A stretch of DNA of 64,000 bases from Lama glama. Its lineage: Eukaryota. The notes under the pieces are model-generated. The model made no database searches, was not told where the DNA came from, and was given only the letters and a program-made list of their open reading frames with translations. The stretch is taken from the NCBI GenBank assembly GCA_028534125.1, contig CM052818.1:34784001-34848000 (forward strand), in the 5' to 3' direction. How positions within the stretch are numbered: the first letter of the stretch is position 1; every line of letters begins with the position of its first letter. Positions 1 through 11,720 of the stretch are shown piece by piece. A program made the translations under genes and the position numbers.

Positions 1-602
1 TTCTGAGGTGACTGACATCCCACCTCACATGACAGGCACCCCAAGGGAAATGGCACCAGATAAGATGAACATGACTTCTCAGCAGGAAGAGACAGCTCAG
101 ATCACGCATTCAATTTCCATCTTTTGCAGAGGAAAATAAATGGAGACACCGAGAGCAGAAATACTTTGCTCCAAGGTCACACAGCAGGAAAAAAGCAGAG
201 CTGTGCCTGGAAGGCAGGCCTCCTGCCCCCCAGCCAGTGCTACCTCCATAACCTGGCCTAGCCTAGCACAGGACCCACCTCACCCCGTGTACACACGGGA
301 AGGCCAAGTAGCTGGCCCTCAGGCTTGCTTTCTTCAGCCACCACAGCGGTGTGACTTGGAGTAACCCAGGAGGACAGAAGCTCTCTTGGGTCTGTGGAGG
401 TGGGGTGGGCTCTTCCCTAGGGAAATGGGAAAGGGAAACATGGCAGAAGGGAAGAAAAAAATAGAAAAAGGGGAAAATACAGGAGTATAAGGAGGGGATG
501 GAGGGTCGGAGGTAGCAGAATGAGGCAGCAGAAAGAATCAAGTGAAAAGGGGCTTGTCTTGGAATCACTTTCCTTTCCCTCCCCTGCAGGCTTTCTCTTG
601 AG

Positions 603-725
603 TAGGGTAACCATCTAATTTGTCATCCAAAGGTCACTTTTGAGGGGGAAGGAGGTGCTAAGCGAGACAACAGGCATAAACCAGACAGTGGGTGTAAACC
701 GGGATTTGGTCATATGTTCACCCTG
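603..725. mobile_element. MER81-like hAT MITE
   Basis: Terminal inverted repeats TAGGGTAACCAT...ATGTTCACCCTG; the interior resembles the remembered MER81 consensus. Confidence 0.7.
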
Positions 726-932
726 ACTCTGAGAGGCCTCCGAGCCCTGATGTAGACACCACGTCTGCAGTGGTTTCTTGTACTCAGCATCGCTGGTTCA
801 CCTCAGCTCTAGACCTCAGTTTCCAGCTAAGCTTCTACACCCTCAACGAGGCATTCACAGGCATTCCTTTTAACCACTGCACTTGAACTTGGTCCTCTTT
901 CATTGTCTATCCCAGCTGAGGACATCACCTTT

Positions 933-1376
933 TGTTACCAAACACAAGTTCATTTGCCCAACACACAGTGAGGCCAGAAATAGCAAAATGCTGGAGTTTG
1001 GAGCAGAGAAAGGTTTATTGCTGGGCAGAGGAGCAAGAAGACTGGGTGGCCTATACCTAGAACTCCTCGAATGGTTTCAGCTGAGCATTTTTAATGGCCA
1101 GCTAAGGGAGGGGTGGCCCAAGGTCTGTGATCAGCTATGCACAATTCAGATTGGTTGATGGTGATCAATCCTACGGCACCAGAAAGTCTGCGGGCTACGT
1201 AGTCATGATCATCAAGTAGTTAATTTCTTCCATTTGGTGGTGGTTTTTAGCATCTGAAAAACTCAGGAAATATGTATGAGATTCTATCATCTGGGTACTT
1301 CAGAGAAGAGCTACAGCAGAGGATATGGAGGATGGGTCTGACCCAGGAAGACCCCTTAGGATCCTGCTTGGTTAAA
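933..1376 (-). repeat. 3' LTR of the provirus
   Basis: Alignable along its length to 5782-6207; minus-strand AATAAA at 1014-1019; adjacent to the PPT. Confidence 0.9.
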
Positions 1377-1781
1377 AGTCCCCCCTTTTCATTGATACTC
1401 CTCAATCTTAAGAATAGGTGTTGGTCAAGAAGGAATAATGTTTTGAACAGAGAGATTACTCATAACCTCGGCAGTGGAATTCGGTTTCATCTCCAATCTC
1501 ATTTCATTCCTCCCCAAATCTTTTAGAGAATAGGGTGATGACTGCTCTGGCTATTTCCTGCTGAAACAAGGCATAGTCCTACCTTGATCTGGTGAATGGA
1601 CATCGAGTTGGAAATATTCTTGAGGTCCAAGTCCTGGATCTAAGTCTTATTTGATTAAAATCTTATTCCCTGAGGAATTTAGGAGAATAAGCTTGAAAAC
1701 CAGTCCAGACCTTTCACTTTAGGGGAGAATTGTAGCCAGGTAGCCAGTTGACTACTTTTTTCTGAGCAGGTTTTAACTTTT

Positions 1782-1847
1782 TTTTTTTTTTTACCATTTC
1801 TTATTGATTTATAATCATTTTACAATGTTGTGTCAAATTCCAGTGTA
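1782..1847 (-). mobile_element. Extremely 5'-truncated L1 3' end nested in the ERV
   Basis: Poly(T) plus ~55 bp similar to the L1 3' end at 28240-28290; perfect TSD AGGTTTTAACTTTT at 1768-1781 and 1848-1861. Confidence 0.8.
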
Positions 1848-4642
1848 AGGTTTTAACTTTTGATGTGGTATTAAAACATACATAACAAAAGCTATTAGTC
1901 ACTACATGTCTCCTTTTTTTCCTGCTAATATCTGATCTAAAGCTTATTGTCTGAAAATTTAATAGTTACAGGAGACCTTGAGGTCACAAGGTTGCAGCTG
2001 CCATCTGCCAGCAGACACTGCTTTGAGAATGACTGGTGGCATCCCAATATGCCACAGTTCAGAAAAATTAAGAGTTCTCAACAACACATGAATGTGACTG
2101 GAATTATGTCAACAATGGCTACCTCATTTTACCTTGGATGTCTGAACCACAGCCACTCCATTTTGACTTTCAAATGCATTCCTCTCCTCAAGGCCAAAGC
2201 AGATGTACATGCATGTCCAAAAGGTCACAAAACAGGCCACTTTGGTCAAAGAAAGTTTACGTCAAACCATGCCCAGGCCAGAATGACTTCCCCATACCTC
2301 AATATGTGCAGATTTCATCATTTCTCTTTTTGATTACAAATATTTTAATAGAAAGCATTCATGATCAAAGTATCTGTCCCTTGACTCTGGGGTGGTAGCT
2401 CCTGCCCCAGGTTTAGATCATGTCCCTGGGTGCTAGGCCTCCTTTATGTTTGCCTAGTTATCCACATTGGGAGAAAATAAATCAGGTATCGTGAACAGGC
2501 TCAGGGATATGCTAGTGGGGATCCACTTTACAGGCTATACATTTTATCACTTATACCCAGTTGTTACACAAGCATCGTACATGTGCTTTTGGCAACAGAC
2601 TTAAAGCAAGCATTGTTATACATCATGAGTAGTTCTATTCTGTGACAACTCCATTAGAGAATTCTCTTTCTATCCTAAACATTGGGGGCAATATTGATAG
2701 GGAGACAAACATCTGGTAAACAGTTTAATTAGAAAACAGTTTAAGAGCCAGTGATACTTCAGACAACCAAAAAATTATAACCATACTCATCAGTTTACTC
2801 AATCCTATGCAATCAGTCTCCTTTACTAAAGTTTTATAAAAATCAGAGTTTTCATTAGACTTCTTAAATATCCCACCCAGCTCAGCAGTATAGTTGACAA
2901 GAAACCTGTAGTTGTCAAAAAATCCCCTTTATGAATTCTCTTGAAAATGAGGCAGTTCTGCAAAGCATCAGCTTAACTGTCTATGACTGAAAATGCAAAA
3001 AGGCAAGGTAAAAACCCAATTACAATATTTTTGACAAAGTAGCTTAACCAGGTTGCTGTGACATACAACATCTCAAGATAACAACCAGAATTATAACTGA
3101 TAGCATTATACTAGGACATACCTAAATTTCAGAAACTCCATATAATTTCTAGAACATCCACTCTAACAACATCCATCCACACCATATAATCCAAGGAGGT
3201 TTATCGTTCATTCGACAAGGCTTCCCGTACAATTCAACACAGCAACTAATCCTAGTTAGCTCACTATGTTTCTCTGAGATGTCTCAGGGGCCCTCTGAAG
3301 CATCCCAAAGTTAGCTGAAGTCAAAAGAACTTTAATTAGAATTTGATAGGAAGTTTGTCAAAAATATCAAAAAATTTCCCAAAATTTGTTGTCAGATGCA
3401 TTCTAAGTAAACTTGTTCTCTTAACAGAGAGAAACTAAATCTAGTCCTGCACTGGCCTACTTTTAATAACAAAACCCATTTACTTATTTAAGCTTAGTCT
3501 GCTCTGAGCCCGATCATGCACAGAACTCCTTTTTTAGGGCTCCCTTTCCACAAACTTCCCACAACTTTCTGTATCCATGTTAGCTTGTCCCTTTATTCTT
3601 ACCCCCCCCATCTAGAAACAATCAGCTCTAGGACCAAATCCTTCTCTTTTCCCTTAACAAAATACAATTCCATTCTGCATACCTTTTTTTTTTTTAACTC
3701 AAAACATACACCCTACTTTCCGACTGTATACTGAAATGTTCCCCCATTATTTCCAGTAGCTTCAATTACTTATTTAAGTTAGAATCCTCAGTTCTTAAAA
3801 ATCTTAATTTCTAGTGAATGCTTCAATATCTTATTGTTTTGGAATGACCTAGCTATTCAATTATTCAATAAACTTCCATTATTTAACTTGATCTATCACA
3901 AGTGTAAAATTTCAAGTTACCAAATATCTGGAGAGGTCATATAAGTAGAGATTCCTAAAATGTAATTGTTTCTTAAAAAGTTCACTAAAAGCTCTTATTT
4001 GCATTTAATTCACTTATAATAACTTTAGTCATACCAAGTTAATTTTTCTTCTGCTGACAAACTCTGCAACAGAAACATGAAGTTAATGACCTTCAGTAAA
4101 CCAAGGTACAGTAAAAGACATAGCTGTATTGATTATACCAAACAAGCTTAAGCTAGCTTTAATATATCAATTCAATATTGAATATTTTCCAGATTACATA
4201 AACTTGAAATATATTCTGTCTAGCTTTTTAAGTATTTAGTTTATAAGCACTTACTTTTAAGTCAAAAAATAGAGCTCATTCACAACTTTTTTACAGAAAG
4301 ATAGAACCAGAGATCTCAGTTTTTCTGTTTCAGTTTAAAAAAACAAACACCAAAAACACCTTTTTCTTCTTGGGAGCCCAGCTAGATCATCTATACCTCA
4401 CAGGCACAGGAAGAGAAAGGCAGGTTCCTCTGCTGACTGCTTTTACAAAACCCAATCATCTTGGCACTTTTTCAGGGATTTTTTTTTTCCAGTTCCCAAA
4501 TATCTACTTCAGTTTAAAGAAATAAAAGTAATAGACAGTTATATAAATTATATTATATTTTATGTAAAATGATTCATTCACATAGCTCACTTTCAGCAAA
4601 ACCAGGGAGAACAGAATTTGGACTCAGGTACCAAGAGACAGA

Positions 4643-4681
<39 letters not shown>
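4643..4681. repeat. (CA)n microsatellite
   Basis: About 19 CA units, seen directly. Confidence 0.95.
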
Positions 4682-4683
<2 letters not shown>

Positions 4684-4729
4684 CTCCCCAAAATAAAAAC
4701 CAAAGGAATTTCAAAAGGCCACTTTGATA

Positions 4730-4911
4730 TAACAGCAGAGACATTAGGGGCCATTGTTCTCCAGATATCAGGGAGTACTGAGCCCACACATGTGTTATAC
4801 CCCCGAAAAAATCACTTCCGTTCATTTATGGGAGCATAGCTGAAGATACCCCAGTTTTGCAAAATACACCCTAGAGGGACTGTAGGATGGAGCAGGGCTC
4901 TGATCATCCAT
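4730..4911 (-). pseudogene. Degenerate gag matrix (MA) N-terminus
   Basis: With frameshifts and a stop it reads MDDQSPAPSYSP/LGCILQNWGIFSYAPINERK*FF/..VWAQYSLISGEQWPL. This resembles the PLxCILxNW...FFCxxAWPQY...WP pattern of HERV-W/ERV9/HERV-H-type Gag. Confidence 0.7.
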
Positions 4912-5781
4912 AATTATTCACAGCTGATGTTATCAAATATCAAGCAAACAACAATTCAAAACGGTCTCTCAGGGTCATAGTTTCCTAGTCCCCAGAAGGG
5001 GACTTCCCAACCAATGCCTCATCAGAGATGAAGCTGAATGACCAAGGCTGGAAAGAAAAAATTTCAACCAACACTCCACCACAGGTGAAGGGTACGCTGG
5101 TGTCATCACACCCGAGCTCGGGTGTGCACCAAAGACATATCAACCAGCCAATGCCAGGGACTGACACCGACACGCATACAAACATGGTCCCACAAACAAA
5201 AGATCAGACGAGAGTGTAGCCCCAGAATTCCACTTCCACTCACAGACAGAAGCCTCCAGAGTGGCCTGGCTTCTGAAAGAAAATGGACCCAGAGTGGCTC
5301 CCAATGAGCCCAGAATGGTTCACTTTCAGGAAAGCAATGAGCCCAGGTGGAGCGGGTAGAATTTTCCCATCCTACATGAGCCGGGATGGCTCACCTTGAA
5401 ACGATACACAAAAACACAAACAAGTTACAGTCACACAGAGAGACAATCAGACAAGGTATAATCTAAAAATTCCACTTCCACTCCCAGAGGCCTCCAAACA
5501 GATTGGCCCAGCTCTGGAAAGAGAACAGACTGAGAGCGGGTCGCAAGGAGCCCGGAGCAGCTCCCTTCCTGCAAGGGGATGAGCCCAGATGGAGTGGAGA
5601 GAATTCCCAGCCTGCGCAAGCTGGAGCGACTCACCTCCAGGCGACACCGAATGTGTAACTCCCTCCCAATTTCCCCAGAGCGAAATGAGCTCTGGCAGCT
5701 GCTGGAGCCCAGGGAAGGGGCTGCCCCCAGTCAAGGCTGACCTGTCGTGCGCACAGGCTCCTAGCCTGGCTTTGCAAAAAT

Positions 5782-6207
5782 TGTTACTGAAAGCAAATTC
5801 ATGTGCCTGATGCACAGTGAGGCCAAAAAACACCAAAACATCAGAGTTTGGAGCAGAGAAAGGTTTATGGCCAGGCCCAGCAAGGAGAACGAGTGGCCCG
5901 CGCCCAAAATACAACCCAAACTCCCCGGAGGGTTTCAGCTGAGTACTTTTAAAGGCCAGCTGAGGGAGGGGCAGCCCAGGGCAGGTGATCAGCTGTGCAC
6001 AATTCCGATTGGTTATGGTGATCAGTTCTTGGATGCCAGAAGGTCTGGAGGCTACGTACCCATGATCATCAAGTAGTTAATTTCTTCCACTTGGTGGTGG
6101 TAAAACTCAGAAAGTATGCATGAGATACTATTATCTGGGAGGAGATACATAGGATACAGGGGTGGAGGATGTCCTGGGAAGGCCCCATAGGGTCCTGCTA
6201 AGTTATG
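5782..6207 (-). repeat. 5' LTR of the provirus
   Basis: Shares blocks such as GAGTTTGGAGCAGAGAAAGGTTTAT and CATGATCATCAAGTAGTTAATTTCTTCCA with 933-1376; followed on the minus strand by the PBS. Confidence 0.9.
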
Positions 6208-7199
6208 CTTTCACAGTACCCCCACCTGGAACTCTGCTTAATCCTTACACCCAACTGGTCACCAAGTCAGGGCAATTCTGCTTCTGCCATGTGTCGTGTG
6301 GCCCTCCCTGCTCTCTGACCCTGCTGCCCCAGCCTGACTTCAGTTCCTCCTCTGATCTTTCCCCCAGACCACCCTTCATATTTCATACCAAAACCCCTGT
6401 AACTCTGGACAGCGGCTGAGTCAGGGCCCACACAGGTGTGAGGCATCAAGCAGAGCTACCTAACTGGTTGAATCCACCTCCTAACAATTGTAGAATGTTC
6501 CAGAGCCTTTCCAGGGCTTTTTAATTGTTGGCAAATCTCCAGGGACCTGACACAATCACCCAGACACATACGTTCCTTGATTTGCTTAGGGCTCAGGAGT
6601 CATGTAGGAAGAAACTTGGCTTCACTTAGAGTCAGAAACGCTTAGATCTTTCCTTGGGCTGAGATTGCTGGAAACAGCTGGCAGGACAGAGAGCCAGGAA
6701 GAGCCGTGAGGGAGGAGGACGCTCAACAGAGAGGCCATACTGAGCAGCTGGGTCTGGAAGTGAGCGAGCCGAGACGCACAGGTGTTGTAGGAGGCTATGC
6801 CTGAGTTCACCCTCTGGGAGAGTCTGTCTGGGAACAGAGAGGGCTGAGGGGCAGAGGCAAGGGCTGGGTCACTGGGATCCCAGCTGCTCTGCTGAGAGTT
6901 CTGCCTCTGACAGGGTTGGTGGGGGCAAGTAGAAAGGAGGACTTACAAGAGATCGGAGGTCTGGAGGAGGGGCGGAGTGGTCAATGGAGCAGGAAGATGG
7001 TGAAAGCGGCCAGTAGGGCTCCCACTATGTGTAGAAGAACCATGCCCCCACCCCACCTAGAGGAGAGATGGTCTTCTCTGAGCCCATGAACTGGGAAGGC
7101 CAGAGAACATTTGAATCACCACCTCTGTGAATTCTAGGAAATATTGTATCCAATTTTTCTTTCAGAAAATTCTAAATGTAAACTAGAGATAACAGTATT

Positions 7200-8270
7200 A
7201 TTATGAAGTGGTATTTAATTGTGGTTTTGATTCATATTTTCCTTAATGATTAATGATGCTGGGTTTCTTTTCATGTACTTATTGGATATTTCATACTTTG
7301 GAGAAACGTCTATTCAAATCCTTTGTCTGTATTTAAATTCAGTTGTCTTTATTACCGAGTTGCACACATTATATATTCTGGGTACAAGTCCATTATCAGA
7401 CATACGATTTGCAAATATTTCCTCCCATTTCACTTGATGACATTGCAAGCAGCATGAAAATTTTTACTTTGATGAAGTCCAATTTATTTTTTTTCTTTTG
7501 TTAAATGCTTTTGGCATCGTATCTAAGAAAATATTGTCTAACTCAAGGCTACAGATATTTACTCCTATGTTTTCTTCTAAGAATTTTATCGTTTTAGTTC
7601 TTACATTTAGTTCTAGGATCCACTTTGAGTTAGTTTATTTGTACACTGTGTGAGGTAGGAGTCCAACTTCATTCTTTTGCATGTGGATATCCAGTTGTCC
7701 CAACACCATTTGTTGAAAAGGCTATTCTTTCTCCCACTTAATTACTTTGACACCCTTATCAAAGACCAATTGAACATAAATGTCCTTACAGAACTTTGAA
7801 AAGATCTTAGGTGTCTTATCACTTCATCTGTAAATATATCAATATGTATCTCTAGAGATAGGAACTTTTTGTTTTTACAATATAACTGCAATAATGTCAC
7901 ACAACTAACAAACTGTATTTCCTTAGTATCATAAAATATTTAGTCATTGTTCATATCAAGTTCCCGATAAGATCCCTACATTTTCCCCCCATAATTTATT
8001 TGTAGAAGATACTGAACTATTTGTCCTGTAGTGTTTCTCACAGTCTGGATTTTGTTGATTCAGTTCCGTAGGGTGATTTTATATGTTGCTTTGTCTTCTG
8101 ATTTTTCTCTAAATTGGTAGTAGAACGTAGATAGTAAATCAAATTCAGATTGTTTGGGTTTTGATTTTTTTTGGCATAACTATGTTATAGGAAATGGTGG
8201 TCCTTCTGTCAAGAGGCACATAATGTCAGATTTTCTCTATTTTGTGATGTCAGCAGGTGTTGATAATCAC
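7200..8270 (-). mobile_element. Old LINE-1 fragments
   Basis: Antisense L1 ORF2-end motifs (GATATCCAGTTGTCCCAACACCATTTGTTGAAAAG), then L1M-type 3'UTR sequence; boundaries approximate. Confidence 0.75.
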
Positions 8271-8310
8271 CTAAGTGTCACCTTCCTTTTAAAACACCTG
8301 ATTTCCCTGA

Positions 8311-8400
8311 GGGGCTAGGTGGGTATAACTCAGTGGTGGAGTGCATGCTTCATGTGCACAAGGTCCTGGGTTTAATCCCCAGTACCTCCATTTAAAAAAA
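8311..8400 (+). mobile_element. tRNA-Ala-derived SINE (Vic-1-like)
   Basis: A box (TAACTCAGTGG), B-box-like GGTTTAATCCC, ACCTCCA end and A tail. Confidence 0.85.
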
Positions 8401-8657
8401 AAGAAAAACAAAACTAATTTCCCAAGATAGGACTGAGTCATCTTTCCTCAGCGTTCGCACCAAACCACTGCCATAGAATTTATTGTGTTGTATTATTACA
8501 CACACCTCCCCCATTGTAGCTATTCATATTTTGTTCTCCACAGGGACTAACATGTATCTGGCTCACAGCAGGCATCCACAGATAAGGCAAAGTGGCCCTA
8601 GAGCTGAGAGGATGACATTTGAAGCCCAATATCTGTGCAAGTGACTTAATCCCTTTC

Positions 8658-9055
8658 CAGTGGTGTTGAGAGTCAATTGTCAAATTTCAGGAATTTCACA
8701 AGTGGGTTATGAAACATAGCTATTAATAAAAGTTAAATTCTAAATAGTTACAGATAAATTATATTAAACAACCATAACAAATACTTAAAATTCATTATTT
8801 CCTCATTATTTTATTACATTTGACTATTTCTATGCTCTTGAGGTCATTTTTGTCTATGTATCTGTAAGGTGGAAAAACTATGTAACAGTGTGCTACTGTT
8901 CATCTCTTCCCAACCCTGTGTTCAATGATGTCATGTTGACAGCTTGAAATTGGCCAGAGTGAGAATATTTATACCATAGAAATTGGCAAATGCTATGAAT
9001 CAGGATTTTTTTTTCGCTAGGGAGTGGTTATAAAATATTTACTAGTACACCATTG
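8658..9055. mobile_element. MER63-like hAT DNA transposon inserted in a MIR
   Basis: Ends CAGTGGTGT...ACACCATTG; interior matches the remembered MER63B consensus; MIR-like sequence on both sides. Confidence 0.8.
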
Positions 9056-9273
9056 TCTCTCGTTAAATGGAGATAAAAATAGTACCCACTTCATGTAGGA
9101 TGTACATAAAGCACTTGGCACAGTTTCAGGTACACATTTTAATAAATGGTAGTTATAAATTTTATTACTTGTGTATCATCTCTGGACAGGGTTGCTGAGG
9201 GCAGCTGTACTTTCATTAGGCATTTCTAAGGCAAATGTGCCATGGAGTACTACATGCCCATTAGAAATTGTGC

Positions 9274-9724
9274 TGTGAAAGTTAACAAACAGAAACCTCA
9301 TTTATAATGGAGTCCAGAGGCCAGAAGGGGCAGCGTGCACACCAGACGACTCCGTTGTCAATTGTAGACCCAACAGTAAGAGTCTGCACTCTTGCATCTC
9401 CAACAGGAAGAAGGTTTACTGTCCAGAAAGGAGAAAGAAGAATTTCTCCCTACTGGGCAACATCAGCCTGGCCAATGGGGGACTGTCACAACTCAGCCAA
9501 TGAAAAGCCACTATACTTTGAATTCTCAGTTTCCTCCAACAGACTGTTTATAACAGCCCCTCCCTGTTTATAACTCCACCTTCTCTTCTATAAAAGAGTT
9601 TTCTCTCCTTTGTTTTCCAGACCTGCCACTGGTTTGCCATAGGTTACATGCCCCAACCTGCAATTCTTTACTCTTCCTGAATAAACCCATTTTGCTGGTA
9701 AAATAACTGGCTGAAGATATAACA
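9274..9724 (+). mobile_element. Solo LTR (ERV1-like)
   Basis: TG...CA ends, two CCAAT boxes, TATAAAA at ~9588 and AATAAA at ~9680; no clean TSD. Confidence 0.7.
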
Positions 9725-9804
9725 TTTCATGAATGAATGAATGCACTACAAGAAAAGGAATAATTAAAGGAAACATGCTGTAATGTTAAAAGTGTTTGAG
9801 TCAT

Positions 9805-11720
9805 GTTAAAAAGTCCACAAATGATAAGTGCTAGGGACGGTGTGGAAAAAAGGAACCCTCCTACACTGCTGATGGGAATGTAATTTGGTGCAACCACTAT
9901 GGGAAACAGTATGGAGATTCCGTAAAAAACTAAAAATAGACTAACCATATGATTCCAGCAGTCCTACTCCTGGGCATATATCTGGAGAAAATTCCAATTC
10001 AAAAAGATAGGTGCAACCCCAATGTTTATAGCAGCATTATTTACACTAGCCAAGACATGGAAGCAACCTAAATGTCCAACAGATGATTGGATAGAGAAGT
10101 TGTGGTACACACACACACACACAGGAATACTACTCAGCCACAAAAAATAAAATAATGCTATTTGCAACATGGATAGACCTAGAGATTATTATACTAAGTG
10201 AAGTAAGTCAGACAGAGAAAGACAAATGTCATATGTTATCACTTATATGTGGAATCTGTGTTTTCCATAGACATTTTAGAATCAGCACATCAATTTCTTT
10301 TAAAAATCCTGCTAGGATTTTGACTGAGATTGTATTGAATCTATAAATTAGTTTAGGGTAAACTGACCTTTTAACAATATTGATTCTTCTATAATTGAAT
10401 TTATTTGTTTTTTAATTTCCTTCAGCAATGTTTTGTAGTTTTTGGTTTACAGGTCTTGCATATCTTTCACTAAATTTTCTTCTAAATATTTTATTGATGC
10501 TATTATAGATGTAGTTTAAAAAATGTTTTTCTAATTGTTCATTGCTATTGAATAGAAATGCAGTTGATTTATATACATATGTATGTATATGTATAACTGA
10601 ATCACTTTGCTATACACCTGAAACTAACTTTGTAAATCTATTACGCTTTAATAAAAAAAAGTTTGCCTTCAGAAAACTTAAAAAAAAAAGCTAGACCTAT
10701 AGAAAGATTCCAAAAATATTATAACATATAACAAACTCTCATATGTCCTTCACCTAGATTCAAAGATAAAAATTCTTTTTCTGAGCCATTTACAAGCAAG
10801 TTCCAGACATCATGGTCCTTTGCTCATAAATACTTCAGTATATGTTTCTGAAAACTAGAACATTCTCTCACACAGCCACAATTCAATTATTAAATTCAGG
10901 AAATGTCATATTGATTCATAATATTCAGTCCATATTCAACTTTTTATTATCCCAATATTGTCCTTTATAGCACATTTTCCCAAGATTTAATCTAGAATCA
11001 TGCATTGTATTTAGTTGTCATATATGTAATTTAGAACAGTTTCTCAGCCCTTTTTTTTGTCTCGTCCTTTAAGAAATTGGTATTTTTGAAGGATACAGGC
11101 TATTTGTTCTGTAGAATGACCAGTGTTGACTGTGGCATCACTGTCAGGAATACTCACTCAGTGCATCACATCAGGAGAACTGTTATCTCAGTTTGTCCCA
11201 CTTCCGTGATGCTAACTTGGATCATTAGTTTAGGTGGTATCTGCCAAGTGTCCCCACTATAAAGGTACTTTTCCCCCTTTGTGATTAACAGAGAATTGGT
11301 GGAAAGATGTTTGTGATTGGACAAGCATCTGTTCCCCAATACATTTGCATCCAATGATAGCATCCATTGCTGATTCTTGCCTGAGTCAATTATCACTGTG
11401 ATGGTTGCAAAATGGTGACTTTTTAACTCGGTCATTCTTTCTACTGCAGGAGGAGCTTCCTCCTCCTCTCCCCTTACTTACTGTCAATTCACAAATTCTT
11501 CTAAAGTCTTTATTTATTTTGATGCTCAAATCATCTTATATTTGATTTGACCAAAGGGGTCACCTTTCAGTTGGTTCCTGTGTCCCACCGGCATGGCCCC
11601 AGAGTTCTTTGGAATTTTCTTTATTTTCTGGAAAAAATAGAATGTTCCAGGGTCATTCTGCACTTACCCTGCCCGGCTCTGCAATCAGCCATTTCTTCAA
11701 GGACTACTGCTTCTTTTTAG
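9805..11720. mobile_element. Cluster of LINE-1 fragments in both orientations
   Basis: Plus-strand ORF2 end/3'UTR at 9805-10255, minus-strand ORF2 at 10256-10570, 3' end with A tail at 10570-10690, and old L1MC-like 3'UTR to ~11720. Confidence 0.8.

Larger units (their letters stand above)
933..6207 (-). mobile_element. Two-LTR endogenous retrovirus, class I/ERV1-like, non-autonomous (no pol seen)
   Basis: Direct-repeat LTRs at 933-1376 and 5782-6207; TSD CTTT at 929-932 and 6208-6211; PPT GAAAAGGGGGGAC (1378-1390, minus); degenerate PBS at 5758-5777; gag remnant at 4730-4911. Confidence 0.9.

Noticed and set aside
2136..2340. MER41-like LTR-start motif (TGAACCACAGCCACTCCATTTTG) and 128-aa ORF inside the ERV
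   Set aside because: I could not delimit a nested LTR or TSD, and the ORF resembles no protein I recognise.
883..6076. Similar ORFs 883..1158 and 5801..6076 as a duplicated small gene
   Set aside because: The similarity comes from the two LTRs, and the ORFs are antisense to the provirus.
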